Source: an uncultured Bacteroidota bacterium | GTDB lineage: Bacteria > Bacteroidota > Bacteroidia > Bacteroidales > CG2-30-32-10 | Direction of reading: 5' to 3' | NCBI GenBank assembly: GCA_963831005.1 | Contig: CAWHOW010000019.1 | Location: 250,000-313,999, forward strand | DNA: 64,000 bases | Shown here: one piece after another, positions 10,759 to 21,336 of the stretch | Numbering within the stretch: the first letter of the stretch is position 1 | How the letters are laid out: every line of letters begins with the position of its first letter | Position numbers and translations under genes: made by a program | Notes under the pieces: generated by a model | What the model saw: the letters and a program-made list of their open reading frames with translations, nothing else | Databases searched by the model: none | What the model was told of the DNA's origin: nothing

Positions 10759-11853
10759 TTAGTTTTTATAGCCGGGAATATGTTTCTTTAAAATATCTTC
10801 AGGAAGCCTGATATACAGGAATGCATCGCATTTATCAATATCCATGTTTTGTTCCAGTTGCTTTTCCAGCGCTTTGGCAACAAATGGCAACAGTATTTTT
10901 GATCTTTCAAAATAATTTATCATAGTTCTAATAGAACTTACACCCATCCTGAGCTGCGCACGGAAACAGTCTTTGTCGGAATTCAACACCTGTTTTATGA
11001 ACATGTGTTCGTCAACATAAGTTTGAAACGACGCGCTTTCCTCTTTCAATGAATCGTAAAAATCAAGTGTCTTTTCTTTCACTGTATCGCCAAATTCCTC
11101 AAGATGTAAGGATGCTTTGAATTCATCCATTTTAGCAGAAATACCGTTTAATTTATTCTGTATGTCTTTTCTCAGCACAGCCAGGTTTTCCTTGCTTATA
11201 TCTTTGCCGTACAGTATATCAACCAGTGGGACACTGTATATCTTTGGTTCGTTGCTTAAAAGCCCTTCCTTTTTATCTTCCTCCAAAGCTGTCTCTTGTA
11301 TATATGTTCCAATGATACCATCCGCCAGCAAAAATTCTTCTTTATCCAGGATTGATTTGCTTATTTCGGGTATCAGGCCGTCCTCAGCATCAGAGGTTCC
11401 GTGATAGGACCAGTTACTGCTAAGTTCAATAATTTCCTTATCCATCAGTTCCAGCCAGTCAAATACATGAATATTTTTAAGCACATAGGCTCCAAATTCG
11501 TTAAGGTATTTCTTATATGCATTTTCTATTGCATGTGTTTTGTGCAATAACACAATATCCTCTTTGGTTTTATGTTTAATCCGTTTAATGGCTTCGATGT
11601 TTTTATGCATTTCGATATTCTTTTCTGATTCCTTTAGTGCGGCTTCCGGGTCATTCGGAATGGAGAAAGAATAATATAAACAAATTATTTGCTTCATCGG
11701 AATTGAATCGATCTGTGAAAGAAGTGCTATATTAAAAGGCATTAGTGAGTTCAGTTTTATCTTTTCCGCACAGAGGTACAGGTAATAAAAATATATCCCT
11801 TCTATGTTCACGTTCACATTCGTATTGATCCTATTAAAGAAGTTTACTCGCAT
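10759..11853 (-). CDS. Hypothetical protein, the divergent member of a tandem three-paralog family
   Basis: 364 aa. It shares N-terminal (V/I)CFY..Y.....K.....L and C-terminal LPFV..AL.K.L...........FLY blocks with the two upstream paralogs. No recognisable domain. Confidence 0.6.
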   Translation of the reverse strand: MRVNFFNRINTNVNVNIEGIYFYYLYLCAEKIKLNSLMPFNIALLSQIDSIPMKQIICLYYSFSIPNDPEAALKESEKNIEMHKNIEAIKRIKHKTKEDIVLLHKTHAIENAYKKYLNEFGAYVLKNIHVFDWLELMDKEIIELSSNWSYHGTSDAEDGLIPEISKSILDKEEFLLADGIIGTYIQETALEEDKKEGLLSNEPKIYSVPLVDILYGKDISKENLAVLRKDIQNKLNGISAKMDEFKASLHLEEFGDTVKEKTLDFYDSLKEESASFQTYVDEHMFIKQVLNSDKDCFRAQLRMGVSSIRTMINYFERSKILLPFVAKALEKQLEQNMDIDKCDAFLYIRLPEDILKKHIPGYKN

Positions 11854-11859
11854 AGCATA

Positions 11860-12936
11860 TCATTTTGTAGGAGCAGCAAGCTCGGTTAAAAATAAAAAAA
11901 CATCGCAACGGTTCATATCTGTATTCATGGATAATTTCTTTTTCAGTGCATCATAAACAAAAGGCTGTATGGTTCCGGCATCCCTGTAATATTCCAAAAT
12001 GCAGTTCAGAGAACATATTCCCGCATTGATTGCAAATTTTCCATAGGGTTTGCCTGAATTGATGGCATTCATAAAGTATATCTGCTTATCCACTGCCTGC
12101 TGAAAAATATCTGTTTCGGGGAGTATCCTTGTATAATAATTTATAGCAAGCTCATTTATCCTGTCGGAAAATACTTCTTTTTGTGCTTCCACCTTAAATT
12201 CCTTAAGTATATTAACGAATGGCTGAGCCTTTTTCAACAGTTCATTCCTGATGACGATCATGTTTTCTTTTGTAAGCCAGGGCACAAAAGGTATTTGGCA
12301 CAACTGGAAATAATAAAATTCAGGTGTCTTCTTGAAAAAAGAATTTTTATCAGTCACAAATCCTGCTTTTTTCAGTGTAAGCATCTTAGGCAGCAACACC
12401 AGGAAGTCGTTTTTAAATTCCTCGTCGATCAGTTCATCACCCAGTAGTTCTATCAGGTGGTCCTGTGTTTTTCCGGATATATCCAGATTCAACCTGTAGT
12501 CATCAAAATTAGTGATAAATACTGCTTCGTTATCAAATAACTCAATCCATGGCCAGATTAAAACATTCTGAAAACGTATTTCAAAATCTAATAGTGTAAC
12601 TTTTTTTTGATTATCAATCATCGACCTGAAATGGTCAAGCATCTGTATCTGGTGATTGTCCTTATGTTTGGCAGACCTTGCTTTATGAACAACTTTTATC
12701 ATAAGATTCATATCATCTTCGCTAATGCCATCTTCCTTGTTCAGATACTCTGCTCTCATCATATCTACCAAAAACTTTTCGGGCCACTTGTCCCTGTAGT
12801 TATACATCATAATATGGTACGAAAGCTCGGAACTGAAAGAGATTTGTTCGCTTAAAAAATAAAGATTATAAAAACATACCGTTTCGTATGTTATGTTGTG
12901 ATCGGGAGTAGTTCTGTTGATAAAAACTGTTTCCAT
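11860..12936 (-). CDS. Hypothetical protein, tandem paralog family (member 2)
   Basis: 358 aa. It reads METVFINR..SVCFY..Y.....FSS..........YR.KW..KF...HKD..INAG...NAGICS...EYYRD....PFVYDALKKKLS, clearly alignable to 13035..14105. Confidence 0.65.
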   Translation of the reverse strand: METVFINRTTPDHNITYETVCFYNLYFLSEQISFSSELSYHIMMYNYRDKWPEKFLVDMMRAEYLNKEDGISEDDMNLMIKVVHKARSAKHKDNHQIQMLDHFRSMIDNQKKVTLLDFEIRFQNVLIWPWIELFDNEAVFITNFDDYRLNLDISGKTQDHLIELLGDELIDEEFKNDFLVLLPKMLTLKKAGFVTDKNSFFKKTPEFYYFQLCQIPFVPWLTKENMIVIRNELLKKAQPFVNILKEFKVEAQKEVFSDRINELAINYYTRILPETDIFQQAVDKQIYFMNAINSGKPYGKFAINAGICSLNCILEYYRDAGTIQPFVYDALKKKLSMNTDMNRCDVFLFLTELAAPTK

Positions 12937-13034
12937 AGCTTTTATTCTGTCTAACGAAGTTAGCTTCCAGAATAGTATATTTTTTAATAAAACAATTAAT
13001 AATAACTTACAAAAATAAATCTCCTTCTTTATTC

Positions 13035-14105
13035 TTAAACCGAACCAGCAGAAGGTTCATCGGTATTAATATATAAAAATACATAATTCTTTTCAATACC
13101 TGATTCTATCGACAATTTTTTCAGCAATGCCTCATAAACAAAAGGAATAAGTACATTGGTATCCCTGTAAAACTCCGTAAGGGTTGCTATACTGCATATT
13201 CCTGCATTTAATTGATAATAGGAAACATTTTCTCCGGCGTTAATAGCCTGCCTGAAGTACATTTGCTCGTCGATAGTTTTCTGTAAGACTTTTGCCTCCG
13301 TTTTTATCTTGTTATATTCTTCACTGATATAAGGTTGTATATCTTTGCTAAAGGTTTCCTGCTGTAATGCTGATTTAAAATTTTGTAATATTTGAATCAG
13401 ATTTTGTCCACAACGAATCATTTCTGTACGAACAATAGCCAGGGTTTCTTTAGTGATGGAAGAAATAAACGGGAATTGAAATAACGGAAAACTATAGAAG
13501 TCAGCCTGTTCATCACTCTGTTCCTGATCAATCATTTTTCCTTTTTTTATTGAACGAATATCAGGATGCAGCATTAGAAATTTTTTTCTGCCCTCGACAT
13601 CTATCAGCAAGTCACCAATCTCATTCATCAGAGGGTCTTGTTTTCTGACATCTTCTTCATTTTTATATTCTGTAAACTTTTCAAAACAGACAGTTTGCTG
13701 GTCAAAAAGGTCAACCCAATTGGTGATGTTATGTTCGCAAAAAGAATCTTCAAATATATTTACCAATGTTTTTTTCATTGTGCCGGCTATGGTGGATATT
13801 CTGTTCTTTATCAGCATAGCCGCATGGTCTTTATGTTTCATAACTGAAAGGGCTTTCAGTGCATTGATCCATTCATTATATGCCGCAGCGGGTACAACTT
13901 CATCAAAGTTTTTCACTGCCTTTTTGCAGCTTTCGAGTATAAATTTATCAGTCCATTTTGACCGATTGTGGTATGTATTAATAAAATCCGGAAGAAGGGA
14001 ATTGAAATAAAGTTTCTCTGCTGTCAAATAAGAACTGTAAAAACAGACTGACTCAATAGACAGCTTTTTATCATCTTTTTCTCTATTTATGTAGACAGTT
14101 TCCAT
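13035..14105 (-). CDS. Hypothetical protein, tandem paralog family (member 3)
   Basis: 356 aa. It reads METVYINR..SVCFY...NRSKW..KF...HKD..INAG..NAGICS..EFYRD...PFVYEALLKKLS, homologous to 11860..12936. Confidence 0.65.
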   Translation of the reverse strand: METVYINREKDDKKLSIESVCFYSSYLTAEKLYFNSLLPDFINTYHNRSKWTDKFILESCKKAVKNFDEVVPAAAYNEWINALKALSVMKHKDHAAMLIKNRISTIAGTMKKTLVNIFEDSFCEHNITNWVDLFDQQTVCFEKFTEYKNEEDVRKQDPLMNEIGDLLIDVEGRKKFLMLHPDIRSIKKGKMIDQEQSDEQADFYSFPLFQFPFISSITKETLAIVRTEMIRCGQNLIQILQNFKSALQQETFSKDIQPYISEEYNKIKTEAKVLQKTIDEQMYFRQAINAGENVSYYQLNAGICSIATLTEFYRDTNVLIPFVYEALLKKLSIESGIEKNYVFLYINTDEPSAGSV

Positions 14106-14374
14106 TTGGAATTGTTTTTCGCTATAACGAAAATACTATATAATTTAGTATTTATGACCTATAAAATTTTTTATTTTATTATATTGGCATAGTTATTCTT
14201 TAAAATTCTCAATTTTCGTGCCAGCTATGTATTGCACAAATCAATTTTACGATTAGTAAAAGAGAATTTTACCGTGCTTTGGGAAAAGGAATTAGAATGC
14301 TTAGGAATTTAATAAAGGAAAAAGAAAATCCTTGGCTTGATTAAATTAAAGACTCGTCTCTAAAGTTAAACTTA

Positions 14375-17008
14375 CTATTTCCTCATATTGGCAATCTGTT
14401 CTTCAATCACTTTTATTTTAGCTTCAGCATCGGCTTGTTTCTTGCGCTCGGCATCAACTATGGCGGCAGCAGCGTTATTTACGAAATTCTGGTTGCTTAA
14501 TTTTTTAGCAACACTTTGTAAAAAGCCTTTGGTATAATTGAGTTCTTCGGTAAGCTTTTTTATTTCTTCTTCTGCATTAAAGTTAGTAGTAACGGGTATG
14601 TAAAATTCAGTATTCCTTACAACAAACGTAAATGCGCCTTCAACTTTCTCATCAACATAATCAAGCGTTTCAAGGTTGCAGAGTTTGCAAACAAGGGCAT
14701 CAAAAGTATAGTCAGCCTGCTCGCTGTAATTTTTCTTTATTGAAAGTTTAATGGTTTCTTTGTTCGGGATGTTCTTCTGTGCCCTAACATTCCTCACTTC
14801 CATGATAACATCTTTCGCCAGATCGAATTTTGCAAGTAAAGCATTATCTTTTTTATCAGTTGAGGGAAGTGGTGCAAACATAATGGTTTCACGATCTTCC
14901 TTTTCTGAAATAAGATGGTAAAGCTCTTCCGTAATGAAAGGCATAAAAGGATGCAACAACTTTAAAAGCTTTTCAAATATTTCGATAGTAGTTTCAAGGG
15001 TAGCTTTATCAATAGGCTGCTGGTATGCAGGCTTTATCATTTCAAGGTACCACGAACAGTAATCGTCCCAAACCAGTTTATACACACTCATCAAGGCATC
15101 GGAAACCCTGTATTTATCAAAATGATCGTTTAGGATTTCAATTTCAGCACTCAGTTTTGCATGGAACCAGTCAATAGCAATCTTTGAAGACTCTGGCTGT
15201 TTAAGCTTATCATCAATATCCCATCCTTTAATCAAGCGGAATGCATTCCAAATTTTATTGCAGAAATTCCGTCCCTGCTCACACGAAGCTTCATCAAATA
15301 AAAGATCGTTACCGGCAGGCGAACTGAACAACATACCAATACGAACACCATCAGCGCTGTATTTTTCCATCAGCTCAATCGGGTCAGGCGAATTACCAAG
15401 CGACTTCGACATTTTACGTCCCTGCTTGTCGCGAACAATACCTGTTAGGTAAACATTCCTGAAAGGAATATCCTTGCGGTATTCCAGTCCTGCCATTATC
15501 ATACGTGCCACCCAGAAGAAGAGGATCTCAGGAGCAGTAATAAGATCATTGGTAGGGTAATAATATTTGATGTCAGCATTATCAGGATGATTGATTCCAT
15601 CGAATACTGAAATAGGCCACAGCCACGATGAGAACCATGTATCGAGAACATCTTCATCCTGCCTTAACTCATCTGTTTTATAGTCTATATTGAATTTCTC
15701 TTTTGCCTTTTTCTTTGCTTCTTCAATTGTCAAAGCAGCTATTATCTCTCCGTTAGGAAGATAATAAGCAGGAATACGATGTCCCCACCACAATTGTCTT
15801 GATATGCACCAGTCCTTAACATTTTCCATCCAGTGCTTATACGTGTTCTTAAACTTTGCAGGATGAAATTTGATAGTGTCGTCCATTACTACATCCAATG
15901 CAGGTTTGGCAAGCTCAGCCATTTTCATGAACCACTGCATGGATAATTTGGGTTCTATTACTTCATCCGTTCTTTCGGAATAACCTACTTTGTTTACTAT
16001 ATCTTCAACCTTTACAAGCTGCTCTTTCTCTTTCAAAAGATCAACTATTTTCTTTCTTGCCTTGAAGCGTTCTTCACCAATTAGTATTTCAGCCTTTTCA
16101 TTCAGCGTTCCATTTTCATTGAAGATGTCAATGGTTGGAAGTTTATGCTTTATGCCAAGGTTGTAATCGTTAATATCATGTGCCGGTGTAACTTTCAATG
16201 CACCTGTTCCAAATTCACGCTCTACATATTCATCATAAATGATAGGGATTGACCTGTTGATGAGTGGAACAATTGCGCGTTTCCCTTTATACCCTTTATA
16301 TCTTTCATCTTCCGGATGTACACAAATGGCCGTATCGCCTAATATTGTTTCAGGACGGGTAGTAGCAATGGTTATCCATTCGTTGGTTGTTCCTTCAATC
16401 AAATAACGAACATAATATAATTTCGAATTTACTTCCTTGTAATTTACTTCTTCATCCGAAACAGCGGTCAATGCTTTGGGGTCCCAGTTAACCATGCGGA
16501 CACCGCGATATATAAGTCCTTTATCAAACAGATCAACAAAAACCCTTAGAACAGATTCGGATAATTTTTCATCCATAGTAAAGCAGGTACGCTCCCAATC
16601 GCAGGAAGCGCCTAACTTCTTAAGTTGTTCAAGTATGATACCGCCATGTTTATGTGTCCATTCCCAGGCATGGTTCAGAAACTCATCACGCGATAGATCT
16701 TTTTTGCTGATGCCTTCTTCTTTAAGTTTATTCACTACCCTTGCTTCAGTGGCAATGGAAGCGTGATCTGTTCCCGGTAACCAGAGAGCATTCTTACCTA
16801 GCATACGTGCACGACGAACAAAAATATCCTGAATGGTATTGTTCAGCATATGTCCCATGTGAAGCACTCCTGTTACATTTGGAGGAGGGATTACAATGCA
16901 ATAAGGCTCGCGTTCATCAGGAACAGAGCGGAAAAATTTATTCTCATTCCAGTATTTGTACCACTTATCCTCAACTTTAGAGGGATCGTATTTGCTTGCT
17001 ATTTCCAT
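14375..17008 (-). CDS. valS: Valine--tRNA ligase
   Basis: 877 aa. It has the class I HIGH motif [21 protein letters not shown] and KMSKS motif [14 protein letters not shown], plus a C-terminal coiled-coil tail. Confidence 0.95.
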   Translation of the reverse strand: MEIASKYDPSKVEDKWYKYWNENKFFRSVPDEREPYCIVIPPPNVTGVLHMGHMLNNTIQDIFVRRARMLGKNALWLPGTDHASIATEARVVNKLKEEGISKKDLSRDEFLNHAWEWTHKHGGIILEQLKKLGASCDWERTCFTMDEKLSESVLRVFVDLFDKGLIYRGVRMVNWDPKALTAVSDEEVNYKEVNSKLYYVRYLIEGTTNEWITIATTRPETILGDTAICVHPEDERYKGYKGKRAIVPLINRSIPIIYDEYVEREFGTGALKVTPAHDINDYNLGIKHKLPTIDIFNENGTLNEKAEILIGEERFKARKKIVDLLKEKEQLVKVEDIVNKVGYSERTDEVIEPKLSMQWFMKMAELAKPALDVVMDDTIKFHPAKFKNTYKHWMENVKDWCISRQLWWGHRIPAYYLPNGEIIAALTIEEAKKKAKEKFNIDYKTDELRQDEDVLDTWFSSWLWPISVFDGINHPDNADIKYYYPTNDLITAPEILFFWVARMIMAGLEYRKDIPFRNVYLTGIVRDKQGRKMSKSLGNSPDPIELMEKYSADGVRIGMLFSSPAGNDLLFDEASCEQGRNFCNKIWNAFRLIKGWDIDDKLKQPESSKIAIDWFHAKLSAEIEILNDHFDKYRVSDALMSVYKLVWDDYCSWYLEMIKPAYQQPIDKATLETTIEIFEKLLKLLHPFMPFITEELYHLISEKEDRETIMFAPLPSTDKKDNALLAKFDLAKDVIMEVRNVRAQKNIPNKETIKLSIKKNYSEQADYTFDALVCKLCNLETLDYVDEKVEGAFTFVVRNTEFYIPVTTNFNAEEEIKKLTEELNYTKGFLQSVAKKLSNQNFVNNAAAAIVDAERKKQADAEAKIKVIEEQIANMRK

Positions 17009-17193
17009 CAGTCAGGTAATTCAAAATTTGTGCAAAGTTAGAAAAAATGATTTATTGGGAGCAACACAGTTTAAGTCATGCTGTTTAGTAGCTCAATTTA
17101 ATTGATACATTTGAATTAAAAGTTTATCAGACCAATAATATTTATTTGTCTGTTATTAATTTTTATATATTTGTTATTGAAATAACAAGCATT

Positions 17194-18345
17194 ATGAAAT
17201 TTGACGAAAATCATACAGAGTTTCTTTCCGCCAAGAGAGTATCCAGGGATAAGATACTAAAGTCTTACCAAACTTTCGATAAGCAGGAATTTATAAAAGC
17301 GGTTTTTGAAGCTGCTTCAGGCGTAGTTATGATACTAAATGATCATCGTCAGGCGGTTTATGTTAATCAGAAATTATTTGAAATATTAAAAGGGAAAAAG
17401 CTTGATGATGTTTTAGGATACAGGCCGGGTGAGATATTTAATTGCATCAATGCCATTACATCACCGGGTGGATGTGGTACTTCTAAAGCCTGCAAGGTTT
17501 GCGGTGCGGCTACAGCAATTATTGAGTCTATGATGCATGCGGTGAAATCGGAGAAAGAGTGCAGGATAACTACTTCTGAAGATGAGAAGAACGGTTCGAT
17601 GGAGTTGATGGTTAGCGCTGTTCCATTGGTTATTGAACAGGAAAATTACTATATATTCACGGTAGCTGATCTGAGTAATGAAAAAAGAAGAAAAGTTCTG
17701 GAACAGGTTTTCTTTCATGATGTGGTGAATATCGCCGGAGGACTAAAAAATATCATTAAACTGATGAAGAATCCTGAAGATGTTGGAACCAGTCTTGACC
17801 TGTTGAATATGGCTGATGTTTCAGCATCTAATTTGCTGGATGAAATTGTATCACAAAGAAGTTTACTTTCTGCTGAGAATGGAGAGCTTCGCCCCCAGTT
17901 TGAAGAATCTCAGACAAGTGATGTGCTGCTGGATGTTTTTCAAATACTTGCAAAGAATGATAGCGCATTGAATAAAAAGATAGTTATCTCAAAGGATTCA
18001 GGTAACTTTTCATTCTATACCGACAAGGTATTAATTCGCAGGGTCGTGTTAAACCTTGCTAAAAATGCAGTAGAGGCTTCCGGCGATTTTGATGTGGTTA
18101 CATTGAACTGCAGGAAGATCAAAAATGATATTGTATTTTCAGTTCATAACAATGGAATTATACCTGAAGATGTGCAGATGCAAATATTCCAGCGTTCTTT
18201 TTCAACTAAGGGAAACAACAGGGGAATAGGCACCTACAGCATTAAGCTCTTTACTGAGCGTTACCTTAGGGGAAAGGTTTGGTTTACTACTGATAAACTA
18301 AATGGGACAACCTTTTATTTGAAATATCCTGTGTATCAGAAATAG
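17194..18345 (+). CDS. Cytoplasmic PAS-type sensor histidine kinase, orphan, with a Cys-rich motif in the sensor domain
   Basis: An H-box-like FFHDVVNIAGGL is present. HATPase_c motifs are LNLAKNAVEAS (N-box), HNNGIIPE, and the G-box FSTKGNNRGIGT. The sensor region has C-x9-C-x5-C-x2-C (CINAITSPGGCGTSKACKVC). No transmembrane segments and no adjacent response regulator. Confidence 0.7.
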   Translation: MKFDENHTEFLSAKRVSRDKILKSYQTFDKQEFIKAVFEAASGVVMILNDHRQAVYVNQKLFEILKGKKLDDVLGYRPGEIFNCINAITSPGGCGTSKACKVCGAATAIIESMMHAVKSEKECRITTSEDEKNGSMELMVSAVPLVIEQENYYIFTVADLSNEKRRKVLEQVFFHDVVNIAGGLKNIIKLMKNPEDVGTSLDLLNMADVSASNLLDEIVSQRSLLSAENGELRPQFEESQTSDVLLDVFQILAKNDSALNKKIVISKDSGNFSFYTDKVLIRRVVLNLAKNAVEASGDFDVVTLNCRKIKNDIVFSVHNNGIIPEDVQMQIFQRSFSTKGNNRGIGTYSIKLFTERYLRGKVWFTTDKLNGTTFYLKYPVYQK

Positions 18346-18378
18346 TTATCAAAACACTTCTTCGGCAAATCATTTTTT

Positions 18379-18465
18379 TCGTCATTGCGAGGGTTCTTTG
18401 CCCGAAGCAATCTTAATTAAGACAAGAGATTGCTTCCACTTCGCTTCGCTCTTTGTCGCAATGAC
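18379..18465. repeat. Nested-hairpin repeat element related to the 10549/48691 family: outer inverted repeat cgtcattgcgag..ctttgtcgcaatgacg, inner hairpin gaagcaatct..agattgcttc.
   Basis: The inverted repeats are visible directly. It shares the core cgaagtggaa and gtcatt termini with the other two copies. Confidence 0.6.
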
Positions 18466-18490
18466 GTATCTATTTTACGAAGAACGCCAA

Positions 18491-19426
18491 TTAATAAAGC
18501 TTTTCTCTTTTTAATAAATAAGGGAGGAGCACATCCCGGAATCCTTCATTAACATTGGCTTCTACAAAATCAACATGATACTGACCGCACTTTAATTTGA
18601 TAAGGTTCTTATAATCGGACATTGATTTTTTATAGTGGTCCTTTATTTCGTTAGGATGCAGTTTTAGTTCTTCACCTGTTTCAAGGTCGATGAATTTATA
18701 AGGGCGGTTCTCAAATTCAAAATCCACTTCCTTTGATTTATCCACTACATGAAAGAGTATCACTTCGTGCTTGTTGTGGCGCAGGTGTTGAAGCGATGAC
18801 AACAACTCTTTCGACCTGTTGGAATTATCCATCATATCACTGAAGATAACCACCAGTGATCGTTTGTGAATGTTGTCGGCAAGATAATGCAAAGCTTCGG
18901 TGGCATTGGTTTGCCTTGGCTGTTCTGTTTTTATCCTTCCTAGCAGCTTTTCCAACTCAGCATAAAGCATACGGTGATGCATGGCGCTTGATTTGGAAAG
19001 GGTATGCAGTTCGACCTTATCGGGAAAAAGACTTATTCCCACTGCATCGCGTTGTCTTTTTAATAAGTATATTAATGCGGCGGCGCAATAAACAGAGAAG
19101 GATATTTTATTGAACTTCCCTTTGGCTGGGTTGCTTTCTTCCGGGTAATACATGGAAGAAGAATTATCAATTATGATCTGGCAGCGAAGGTTGGTTTCTT
19201 CTTCATAGCGCTTTATAAACAGCTTTTCTGTGCGCCCGTACAGTTTCCAATCAATGTGCCGGGTAGATTCGCCTGTGTTATATAGCCTGTGCTCTGCGAA
19301 CTCTACTGAAAAACCATGAAAGGGACTTTTATGAAGTCCTGTGATAAAGCCTTCCACAACCTGCCTTGCAATAAGCTCAAGGTTGCCGAATTGTTCAATT
19401 TCTTTATGGTTTAATGGCTGTTCCAA
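18491..19426 (-). CDS. DUF58 family protein (vWA-like, usually partnered with MoxR-type ATPases)
   Basis: It reads GLHKSPFHGFSVEFAEHRLYNTGESTRHIDWKLYGRTEKLFIKRYEEE..IIIDNSSSM, a typical DUF58 N-terminal block followed by a vWA-like region. Confidence 0.7.
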   Translation of the reverse strand: MEQPLNHKEIEQFGNLELIARQVVEGFITGLHKSPFHGFSVEFAEHRLYNTGESTRHIDWKLYGRTEKLFIKRYEEETNLRCQIIIDNSSSMYYPEESNPAKGKFNKISFSVYCAAALIYLLKRQRDAVGISLFPDKVELHTLSKSSAMHHRMLYAELEKLLGRIKTEQPRQTNATEALHYLADNIHKRSLVVIFSDMMDNSNRSKELLSSLQHLRHNKHEVILFHVVDKSKEVDFEFENRPYKFIDLETGEELKLHPNEIKDHYKKSMSDYKNLIKLKCGQYHVDFVEANVNEGFRDVLLPYLLKREKLY

Positions 19427-19560
19427 ATGAATACTTATGTTATTTATTTAACTGCAAAGGTCGCAAAGTTATTGCAAAGGTCGCGAAGAAATTTTCTTAT
19501 TTCGTTTGCTTCAATAAATAAGCCATTTTACCAGTGTGTCTTTAATAACTCTTATTTGGT

Positions 19561-20361
19561 TTAATGATCGCCATAGTCAATGTCTTTGTCCATATACTCT
19601 TTCCAAAGTATTCGGGCATATACCAACGTTTGAATTGGAGCATTGTGAAAATCATCCTCGTTCATATATCTTCCAATTCTCATTTTATAATTGTCGAAAT
19701 CCATACCATTCTTTTTAACAGCAGAACTATCCTCTTTCAAGTTAAGTTTTTCAAGATTACATTCAAATTTGTCCTTGTTTAAATCACCAACAAGATATTT
19801 TGAATACATAAGTCCTCTTAATGTACTGATTTTATTGTTTTCGTGAACCATAATGACCATATTATTAGGTTGAACATCACTATGGCATCCTGTTCTATAT
19901 ATCAACCAGGTTTCAGATACATTATCTTTATTTAAGTCTGTAATAATTGGATTGCAGATATATTTGAGAAAATCTGAAAGCACACAGACATTCGAATCAG
20001 AATATTTCCATAGAAGTTTTGTTGAATTATTTCGTTCAATATAATTATAGGCGTAAATAATTTTAACTCTTTCAAATGCTTCAATATTAAAAATAGTATC
20101 ATTTCTGTTCCCTATATGAGATATTTCATAATGTTTCGCTGCTTCAATAGCTTTTGGTGTTCTAATTTCTTTACTTTCTGATGTCAATAAGTAGTTTGTG
20201 CCTAATTTGTCAGTCCACTTATAACAATTAATGAAATTGCCAGAATATAATATACCTGAAGGTATTTGATTGGCACCTAAAGTATCTATTTTAAGTTGGC
20301 ACATTCCTATAGAATGAATTAACAATAGATTGAATAGAAAGAATGACTTCTTGAGCCTCAT
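19561..20361 (-). CDS. Hypothetical secreted protein with an N-terminal signal peptide
   Basis: 266 aa. The N-terminus is MRLKKSFFLFNLLLIHSIGMCQ. No recognisable domain. Confidence 0.5.
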   Translation of the reverse strand: MRLKKSFFLFNLLLIHSIGMCQLKIDTLGANQIPSGILYSGNFINCYKWTDKLGTNYLLTSESKEIRTPKAIEAAKHYEISHIGNRNDTIFNIEAFERVKIIYAYNYIERNNSTKLLWKYSDSNVCVLSDFLKYICNPIITDLNKDNVSETWLIYRTGCHSDVQPNNMVIMVHENNKISTLRGLMYSKYLVGDLNKDKFECNLEKLNLKEDSSAVKKNGMDFDNYKMRIGRYMNEDDFHNAPIQTLVYARILWKEYMDKDIDYGDH

Positions 20362-20541
20362 AAATATTGATTTATTTCTTCAAAATTACAACATTATTCT
20401 TCCCTGCATCATTAAAAAAGGGAAAATTGTTATAACGAAAGCTGAATTTGTTTGAATGAGATAGCATGGTATCAGAACAAAAAAGTCAGGTTTCAGGACT
20501 AAATTATCAAATTTTAGTGAAAATTTTACCAATTATAAAGC

Positions 20542-20620
20542 GAAGGTAAAGACTATCATGCTTAAGGTAAACACCTATATGATGAAGGTACGCACCCTCA
20601 AGGTGAGGGTAAACACAGAT
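20542..20620. promoter_or_regulatory. Four direct repeats (consensus aAGGTAAAcAC) phased exactly every 21 bp
   Basis: The copies are gaaggtaaagac at 20542, taaggtaaacac at 20563, gaaggtacgcac at 20584, and gagggtaaacac at 20605. They lie about 180-260 bp upstream of the start of the minus-strand gene 19561..20361. Confidence 0.5.
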
Positions 20621-20827
20621 CGAAAATCAACTATTTCACAATGAAATTAATTACTCATGCTTAAAAAAAGTTGCTCATTAAGCAAAGAATTAAAGTATAA
20701 AGATTAATGTTTCCTCAGTAAGGAAATTCAGGCTGTAATAGTAAGTGATTTTAACCTTATCAATATTCCTTTATAGTCCGTGCCATCCTATAACGCCCAA
20801 AGGTACAGGTATTCGGAAGGAGGAATA

Positions 20828-21148
20828 TTACTTAAGCATAGCATCAAGTTTATCGGCTATCTTTTGCTTGGGAACGGCTCCTACCTGCTTATCGGCTATC
20901 TGTCCGTTATTGAAAAATAATATAGTTGGTATATTGCGGATACCATACATTGAAGATATACCGGGGTTATTGTCAACATCAACTTTGCCAACCAGCACTT
21001 TACCATCATACTCTTTAGCCAGTTCTTCAACCAGCGGGGTTATCATCCTGCATGGGCCGCACCATTCAGCCCAAAAATCAACCAAAACAGGTTTATTTGA
21101 TTTTACTACCAGTTCATCAAAATTAGCGTCAGTGAATTCTATTGCCAT
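20828..21148 (-). CDS. trxA: Thioredoxin
   Basis: 106 aa with the WAEWCGPCRMI active site. Confidence 0.95.
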   Translation of the reverse strand: MAIEFTDANFDELVVKSNKPVLVDFWAEWCGPCRMITPLVEELAKEYDGKVLVGKVDVDNNPGISSMYGIRNIPTILFFNNGQIADKQVGAVPKQKIADKLDAMLK

Positions 21149-21221
21149 ATCTGTATTATTTTAAGCAAATATACGATTTTCTTTTTAATATATGTACTGT
21201 TAATTTATTTATACTTTATTT

Positions 21222-21314
21222 CAGGACTAAAGTCCTGCGTATTAATTGTTATTTATAACCACGCCTTTAAAGGCGTGGTTAATGAAATTCTTATTAATGA
21301 AGGGCTTTAGCCCT
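21222..21314. repeat. Three-hairpin intergenic module: caggacTAAAgtcctg, aaccacgccTTTAAAggcgtggtt (followed by TTAATGAAA), and agggcTTTAgccct. It is one of three similar modules in the window.
   Basis: Perfect palindromes with 4-6-nt TTTA/TAAA loops are spaced about 20 nt apart. The same architecture recurs at 5101..5153 and 29735..29829. Confidence 0.7.
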
Positions 21315-21336
21315 GAGAAACTCAGCTAATATATTA

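Noticed and set aside
14106-14374. Possible T-box or attenuator leader for valS or the paralog cluster
   Set aside because: No T-box specifier loop or antiterminator consensus is visible. The region is just an AT-rich promoter space.
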